This document shows, in pieces, positions 58,395 through 64,000 of a stretch of 64,000 nucleotides of DNA (positions are counted from its first letter, which is position 1; every line of letters begins with the position of its first letter). The translations under genes were made by a program, and so were the position numbers. The notes beneath the pieces were generated by a model, which did no database searches, was not told the origin of the DNA, and saw only the letters and a program-made list of their open reading frames with translations. Source of the DNA: Armatimonadota bacterium (lineage in GTDB: Bacteria > Armatimonadota > UBA5829 > DTLH01); NCBI GenBank assembly GCA_039679675.1, contig JBDKUN010000059.1:32001-96000 (forward strand), given 5' to 3'.

Positions 58395-59951
58395 ATGGTT
58401 CGACGCATAAGGATATTTGATACAACACTCCGCGACGGTGAGCAATCTCCCGGTGCGAGCATGAATATCGAGGAAAAGCTGGAGGTTGCGCGCCAGCTTG
58501 CAAGGCTTAAGGTCGATGTGATCGAAGCCGGATTTCCGATATCTTCCCCCGGTGATTTCGAAGCTGTGAAAGCCATCGCTGAAACAATAAAAGGTCCAGC
58601 TATCGCCGGTTTGTGCCGTGCGAACAAGGCGGACATCGACCGCGCCTGGGAAGCATTGCAGTTTACCAAAAAACCGGTGATCCATACGTTTATTGCTACG
58701 TCTGATATCCATCTTGAAAAGAAACTTAAAAAGTCGCGGGAAGAAGTGCTGGAAATCGCACAGATGGCTGTGAAGCATGCTAAGAGCTATACAGACAATG
58801 TGGAGTTCTCCGCAGAAGACGCATCCCGCACAGACTTTGATTATCTCTGCCAGGTGGTGGAAGCTGTAATCGATGCAGGTGCGACTGTAGTGAATATCCC
58901 GGATACTGTCGGCTATGCGTTACCAAGCGAATTTGGAGAAATGATCCGAAAGCTCATCAAAAAGGTGCCGAATTCGAAAAATGCTGTTTTCAGCGTCCAC
59001 TGCCACAATGACCTCGGTCTTGCAACAGCCAATACGCTCTCAGCCGTTATGAGCGGCGCAGGACAGGTCGAGTGTACCATCAATGGCATTGGCGAACGCG
59101 CCGGGAATGCTGCGCTCGAAGAAATTGTGATGGCTATCAGCACGCGCGCAGACCTGATGGACATTAAGACCAATATAAACACAAAGGAAATCCATCGCGC
59201 GAGCCGCCTTGTTTCCGATGTTACCGGCCTCGCAGTGCAAGTGAACAAAGCTATAGTCGGCGCAAACGCCTTCGCCCATGAAGCAGGTATCCACCAGCAC
59301 GGCGTAATGCAGGAGAAGCGGACTTACGAGATAATGGATGCCGAGTCTGTAGGTCTCACCGAAAGCAGGTTGATCCTCGGTAAGCATTCCGGCAGGCATG
59401 CGTTTGAAGAAAAGCTCAAATCGCTCGGCTATCAACTGAATAAAGCCGAACTTGAAAAGGCATTCGAACGTTTTAAAGGACTCGCTGACAAGAAAAAAGA
59501 GATTTTCAACGAGGATATAGAGACGATAGTCGCTCACGAAGTGCGCGCCATCTCAGCTAAATACCTGCTGGAGTGTATGAACGTTATGACCAGCCTGGAT
59601 GGTATCCCGACTGCGACGATCCGCCTGAAGAGCGATGGTGCGGACATCTTGGATGCGGGTATCGGCATCGGCTCGGTCGACGCTGTCTACAAAACGATCG
59701 ACAAGATGGTTGATGCCGAGTATACACTGCTCGATTATGTCGTGAAAGCCGTCACCGGCGGCACCGATGCGCTTGGTGAGGTAACAGTGAAACTGTCTGC
59801 TCCTGACGGTGAAGTCTACACCGGCCGCGGCGCAAGCCTGGATATAGTTGAGGCGAGCGCTAAGGCGTATCTAAACGCGATCAACAAGCTGGTCTACTAT
59901 GAAGAAAAACACGGCAGCAGCGGGAAACCGAAAGAAAAGCCGTCATTGTAA
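58395..59951 (+). CDS. leuA: 2-isopropylmalate synthase
   Basis: [35 protein letters not shown], regulatory domain. Confidence 0.95.
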   Translation: MVRRIRIFDTTLRDGEQSPGASMNIEEKLEVARQLARLKVDVIEAGFPISSPGDFEAVKAIAETIKGPAIAGLCRANKADIDRAWEALQFTKKPVIHTFIATSDIHLEKKLKKSREEVLEIAQMAVKHAKSYTDNVEFSAEDASRTDFDYLCQVVEAVIDAGATVVNIPDTVGYALPSEFGEMIRKLIKKVPNSKNAVFSVHCHNDLGLATANTLSAVMSGAGQVECTINGIGERAGNAALEEIVMAISTRADLMDIKTNINTKEIHRASRLVSDVTGLAVQVNKAIVGANAFAHEAGIHQHGVMQEKRTYEIMDAESVGLTESRLILGKHSGRHAFEEKLKSLGYQLNKAELEKAFERFKGLADKKKEIFNEDIETIVAHEVRAISAKYLLECMNVMTSLDGIPTATIRLKSDGADILDAGIGIGSVDAVYKTIDKMVDAEYTLLDYVVKAVTGGTDALGEVTVKLSAPDGEVYTGRGASLDIVEASAKAYLNAINKLVYYEEKHGSSGKPKEKPSL

Positions 59952-59966
59952 TCGAAGAGAAATTGT

Positions 59967-61229
59967 ATGAAACAAACTATAACTCAAAAAATACTGGCTG
60001 CACATACCGGTAAGGATGTTGTCGAACCTGGCGAGCTGATCAATGCACGGCTCGATCTGGTGCTGGGGAATGACATTACCGCGCCTATCGCTATCCGTGA
60101 GTTCGAGAGAATTGGCGCCGAGACGGTATTCGACAACGAGAGAGTCGCGCTCGTACCGGACCACTCTACTCCGAATAAGGACATAAAGTCTGCTGAACTC
60201 GTAAAGATAATGCGGGAGTTCGCCCACAAGCACAATATCAAGCACTATTACGAAATCGGCAGGATGGGCATAGAGCACACATTGCTTCCTGACGAGGGGC
60301 TTTTAGGTCCCGGGGATGTAATTATCGGTGCAGACTCGCATACCTGCACATACGGCGCACTTGGTGCATTCTCGACAGGCGTCGGCTCTACTGACCTCGG
60401 CTGCGCAATGGCGCTCGGTGAGACATGGTTCAAAGTACCCGAGCAGATCAAGTTCGTATATTATGGCAGACTCCCGAAATGGGTCAGCGGCAAAGACTTG
60501 ATCCTCTACACTATCGGAAAGATAGGTGTAGATGGTGCGTTATATTGTTCAATGGAATTTACCGGAGAGGCAATCTCTGACCTTGATATGGCAGGCCGGT
60601 TCACGATGTGCAATATGGCAATCGAGGCCGGGGGCAAGAACGGGATCATCGAACCGGATGAAAAGACTCTGGCTTATGTCCAGGGGCGCGCAATCCGCCC
60701 GTATAAAGTCTATAAGAGCGACCAAGACGCGCAGTACAAGGAAATAGTCGAGATCGATTGTTCCAAACTTGAGCCTGTTGTCAGCTTCCCTCACCTGCCG
60801 GAGAACGCAAAGCCGGTCAGCGAGTCTACACATGTGAAGATAGACCAGTCCGTCATCGGCTCATGCACGAACGGACGCATTGAAGACTTGCGCATAGCCG
60901 CAATGGTTTTGAAAGGCCATAAGGTCCATCCCGATGTGAGGCTGATCGTAATTCCTGCGACGCAGGAGATATATTTGCAGTCGGTCAGAGAAGGCCTTAC
61001 CGAGGTTTTCGTGGAAGCCGGCGGTGTTGTCAGCACTCCGACCTGCGGGCCATGCCTTGGCGGCCACATGGGCGTTCTCGCAGAAGGTGAGCGTGCTGTC
61101 GCGACCACAAACCGCAACTTTGTCGGGCGAATGGGACACGCGAAGTCGGAAGTCTATCTGGCCAGCCCTGCTGTCGCTGCTGCCAGTGCCGTGCTTGGGA
61201 GGCTTGGAAGCCCTGAGGAGCTGGATTAA
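59967..61229 (+). CDS. leuC: 3-isopropylmalate dehydratase large subunit
   Basis: [26 protein letters not shown]. Confidence 0.94.
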   Translation: MKQTITQKILAAHTGKDVVEPGELINARLDLVLGNDITAPIAIREFERIGAETVFDNERVALVPDHSTPNKDIKSAELVKIMREFAHKHNIKHYYEIGRMGIEHTLLPDEGLLGPGDVIIGADSHTCTYGALGAFSTGVGSTDLGCAMALGETWFKVPEQIKFVYYGRLPKWVSGKDLILYTIGKIGVDGALYCSMEFTGEAISDLDMAGRFTMCNMAIEAGGKNGIIEPDEKTLAYVQGRAIRPYKVYKSDQDAQYKEIVEIDCSKLEPVVSFPHLPENAKPVSESTHVKIDQSVIGSCTNGRIEDLRIAAMVLKGHKVHPDVRLIVIPATQEIYLQSVREGLTEVFVEAGGVVSTPTCGPCLGGHMGVLAEGERAVATTNRNFVGRMGHAKSEVYLASPAVAAASAVLGRLGSPEELD

Positions 61230-61230
61230 A

Positions 61231-61725
61231 ATGATTAAAGGAACAGTACATAAATACGGATCAGATGTCGACACGGATGTCATCATACCGGCGCGTTACT
61301 TAAATACGAGTGATCCAAAGGAACTTGCATCACATTGTCTGGAAGACATTGACTCGAAATTTGTGAAGAAGGTTCAGCCCGGCGATGTAATCGTTGCGGA
61401 GGACAATTTCGGCTGCGGATCATCCCGTGAACATGCACCGATTTCGATAAAAGCCTCAGGCGTTTCCTGCGTTATTGCAAACACGTTTGCAAGGATATTC
61501 TATCGCAATGCGATCAATATCGGTCTTCCGATTTTTGAGTGTCCTGAAGCGGTCGCAGGGATAGCAAAAGGCGATACCATTGAAGCCGATCTTGAATCAG
61601 GCCGCATAATGAATGTTACCACTGGAAAATCGTGGCAGGCGAAGCCGTTTCCACCATTCATGAGGCAGCTGATCGATGCCGGTGGGCTTGTAAACTATGC
61701 AAAAACTAAATTTCGGAGCAGATAG
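61231..61725 (+). CDS. leuD: 3-isopropylmalate dehydratase small subunit
   Basis: [31 protein letters not shown]. Confidence 0.95.
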   Translation: MIKGTVHKYGSDVDTDVIIPARYLNTSDPKELASHCLEDIDSKFVKKVQPGDVIVAEDNFGCGSSREHAPISIKASGVSCVIANTFARIFYRNAINIGLPIFECPEAVAGIAKGDTIEADLESGRIMNVTTGKSWQAKPFPPFMRQLIDAGGLVNYAKTKFRSR

Positions 61726-61727
61726 AT

Positions 61728-62813
61728 ATGCCATATACTATAGCGGTGCTTCCCGGTGATGGAATCGGGGTTGAGATCATTCCGCAGGGAATAAAAGCAC
61801 TGAATGCAGCTGCCAAGAAGCTTGGACTGGAAATAGAATATCAGGAAGCGCTATTTGGGGGAGCAGCAATTGATGCCACAGGCGTACCACTTCCTGATGA
61901 CACCCTCAAACTGTGTCTTGAAAGCGATGCGGTCTTTTTGGGAGCTGTCGGCGGCCCTAAATGGGATACTTTCGAACCGGCGCACTTAAGACCGGAACGA
62001 GGAGGACTCCTCCGGCTTAGAAAAGCACTCAGCGTGTATGCAAACCTGCGTCCGGTAGCTGTCTTCAGCGCACTTGCAGAAGGATCCTGCTTGAGACCGG
62101 AGAAAGTCAAAGATGGGGTCAATCTTTTAATCGTTCGAGAACTCACCGGCGGTATTTACTTCGGCCAGCCGAAGGAACGCCGTATGATTGACGGTGAACA
62201 GGTTGCAGTCGATACTTGCATTTACAGCGTTAATGAGATCGAGCGTGTAGCGCATGTCGCATTCAAGCAGGCGATGCACCGCCGAAACAAGGTCACATCC
62301 GTCGACAAGCAGAACGCGATGGAGACTTCCCGGCTGTGGCGCGAAGTCGTAAGCAGAGTTGCATCACAGTATCCTAAAGTCGAACTTAATCATATGCTTG
62401 CCGATAATTGCGCGATGCAGCTCCTACGCGATCCGAAGCAGTTTGATGTGATTCTCACAGACAATCTTTTTGGAGACATATTGAGTGACGAGGCATCGAT
62501 GCTTCCCGGTTCACTTGGAGTGTTGCCATCTGCGAGCATCGGAGACGGCAATGCCGGGCTTTATGAGCCGATTCATGGATCCGCGCCGGATATAGCAGGC
62601 AAAAACATCGCAAATCCCATAGCGACAATCCTCACCGCTGCAATGATACTGGAACATGCCTGCGATAGCCATGCTGGTGCGGTAATGATCCGACAGGCAG
62701 CTGAGAAGGTACTGAATAACGGCTACCGGACAGTTGATATTGCTGCGGATGGGTGTAAGACTATCGGCTGCGAGGAAATGGGCAATCTCATAGCCGAAGC
62801 TATATTGGTTTAG
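61728..62813 (+). CDS. leuB: 3-isopropylmalate dehydrogenase
   Basis: PGDGIG, RELTGGIYFG, NLFGDILSD, EPIHGSAPDIAG. Confidence 0.96.
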   Translation: MPYTIAVLPGDGIGVEIIPQGIKALNAAAKKLGLEIEYQEALFGGAAIDATGVPLPDDTLKLCLESDAVFLGAVGGPKWDTFEPAHLRPERGGLLRLRKALSVYANLRPVAVFSALAEGSCLRPEKVKDGVNLLIVRELTGGIYFGQPKERRMIDGEQVAVDTCIYSVNEIERVAHVAFKQAMHRRNKVTSVDKQNAMETSRLWREVVSRVASQYPKVELNHMLADNCAMQLLRDPKQFDVILTDNLFGDILSDEASMLPGSLGVLPSASIGDGNAGLYEPIHGSAPDIAGKNIANPIATILTAAMILEHACDSHAGAVMIRQAAEKVLNNGYRTVDIAADGCKTIGCEEMGNLIAEAILV

Positions 62814-62838
62814 AGAATATCACCGATTAAAGAATATT

Positions 62839-64000
62839 ATGCGATTTAGATTGATAGTAGTATGCGCTATAATCGCGCTGATGAATATATTACCTGCTCA
62901 TGCGGCGGCTAAAGAGGAAGTAGTCTTCTGGTACGGGGCGACCCAGGACGAACAAGCCGCCTACGAGCAGATGATTGCTGAGTTCAACCGCACTCACGCA
63001 GATATTTTGGTGCGTGGAATGCTCGTACCGCAGAGATATGTCGAGCGTAAGCTGATGCTCTCCGTCTCAGGCGGCGCCCCGCCGGACGTAGTCCGGTTCT
63101 ACACCCACCTTGGAGGAGAAATGATGTCGCGCGGCGGACTAGAGCCGCTGAGCGGGCTTGTTGCGCGCGATAAGTTCGATCTTTCCGATTTTTATCCCGT
63201 CGGAATCGAGCAAAACACATACAAAGGAAGGCTTTACGGCATACCTTGGATTCTATCGCCGAACGCGCTCTTCTATAACAAAGCGCTGTTCCGTAAAGCC
63301 GGTCTGGACCCGAACCACCCTCCGAAAACATGGAAAGAGCTCGAAGAATATGCCATGAAGCTCACGGTTCGGGATAAAAACGGCAATGTGGAACAGGTCG
63401 GCTACGCAAACTTCCTGAACAACCCTGCAGACTTCCACATGTACCTCTGGCAGAGCGGTGGAAACCCGCTTTCAGCCGATCTGAAGCATCCGAACTTCAC
63501 AAGCCCTGAGGGAATCGGGGTGCTGACCTGGATGCAGGACTTTCTCATCAAAGAAATGGGCACTATGAAGCCCGGAATCTCCCATGCTCAGGCATCTGCC
63601 GATGCTGTAAGGAAGCTGCAGACTTTTAACAGCTCTTTTGTTGGAGCGACACAAGACCCGTTCGGCCTCGGTAAAGTAGCAATGCGGGTAGACAGCCCGT
63701 TCCGCATACCGGCTCTTCTCAAATATTTTCCTAACCTTGATATCGGAGTCGCAGCAGCGCCGTACAGCAAGGTCCGGGCGGTGGAAGTCGTCGGAAACTC
63801 GCTTGTCATCCCGAAAGGCAGCAGGCACAAAGAGGCTGCATGGGAGTTCATCAAGTTCGCATCGACCCGCAAGCAGTCACTCGGCATCTGCAAAGTCGCC
63901 GGACGCATCCCTGCAAGGATCAGCGCGGCAACATGGCCTGAGTTTTATAACAACCCGCTCGTAAAGCCATTCGTAGACCAAATCAAGTATGGCCGGACAA
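62839..64000 (+). CDS. Sugar ABC transporter substrate-binding protein, 3'-truncated by window; not in the ORF track
   Basis: MRFRLIVVCAIIALMNILPAHAA..VVFWY..EFN..GGAPPDVV..YGIPW..LFYNKALF..AGL..PPKTW; frame appears open to the window end. Confidence 0.88.
   Translation, partial: MRFRLIVVCAIIALMNILPAHAAAKEEVVFWYGATQDEQAAYEQMIAEFNRTHADILVRGMLVPQRYVERKLMLSVSGGAPPDVVRFYTHLGGEMMSRGGLEPLSGLVARDKFDLSDFYPVGIEQNTYKGRLYGIPWILSPNALFYNKALFRKAGLDPNHPPKTWKELEEYAMKLTVRDKNGNVEQVGYANFLNNPADFHMYLWQSGGNPLSADLKHPNFTSPEGIGVLTWMQDFLIKEMGTMKPGISHAQASADAVRKLQTFNSSFVGATQDPFGLGKVAMRVDSPFRIPALLKYFPNLDIGVAAAPYSKVRAVEVVGNSLVIPKGSRHKEAAWEFIKFASTRKQSLGICKVAGRIPARISAATWPEFYNNPLVKPFVDQIKYGRT

Noticed and set aside
61024..61230. 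N-terminal extension of LeuD (similarly the extended track starts at 4805, 20097, 31155, 52662, 52913)
   Set aside because: These overlap neighbouring genes or lack an RBS; downstream starts fit RBS position and family length better.

Overview
Gene-dense bacterial chromosomal window of mostly housekeeping genes. It may come from an Armatimonadota-like organism; this is an inference from the OB-fold-like C-terminal domain of the first ORF and is unverified. Contents: tRNA-Pro(GGG) and tRNA-Gln(CTG); a fused E1 alpha/beta 2-oxoacid dehydrogenase; dnaK-dnaJ(CbpA-type)-hspR with a HAIR-like operator; a separate hrcA - thermosome-like (group III) chaperonin - grpE operon 22 kb away; uvrB; a GGDEF/HD-GYP protein; MoxR-DUF58-transglutaminase; an orphan hybrid histidine kinase; a GH106-like glycosidase; rodA-wzm-wzt-trm112-aroQ-pepP-tldD-tldE; an M16 peptidase pair; leuACDB; and a truncated sugar ABC binding protein. 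Most notable: (1) the split chaperone system with an archaeal-like chaperonin and both HrcA and HspR; (2) an uncalled 35-aa basic CTG-start ORF with its own promoter, RBS and terminator, divergent from dnaK; (3) three zinc-ribbon/Pro-rich/TM paralogs, two of them inverted, with near-identical 5' ends and conserved promoter/leader but divergent extracytoplasmic domains; (4) several interleaved REP/MITE-like intergenic repeat families, one pair directly flanking an orphan lipoprotein gene. I saw no CRISPR array, integrase, transposase or prophage. Family assignments come from motif recognition by eye; no searches were run.
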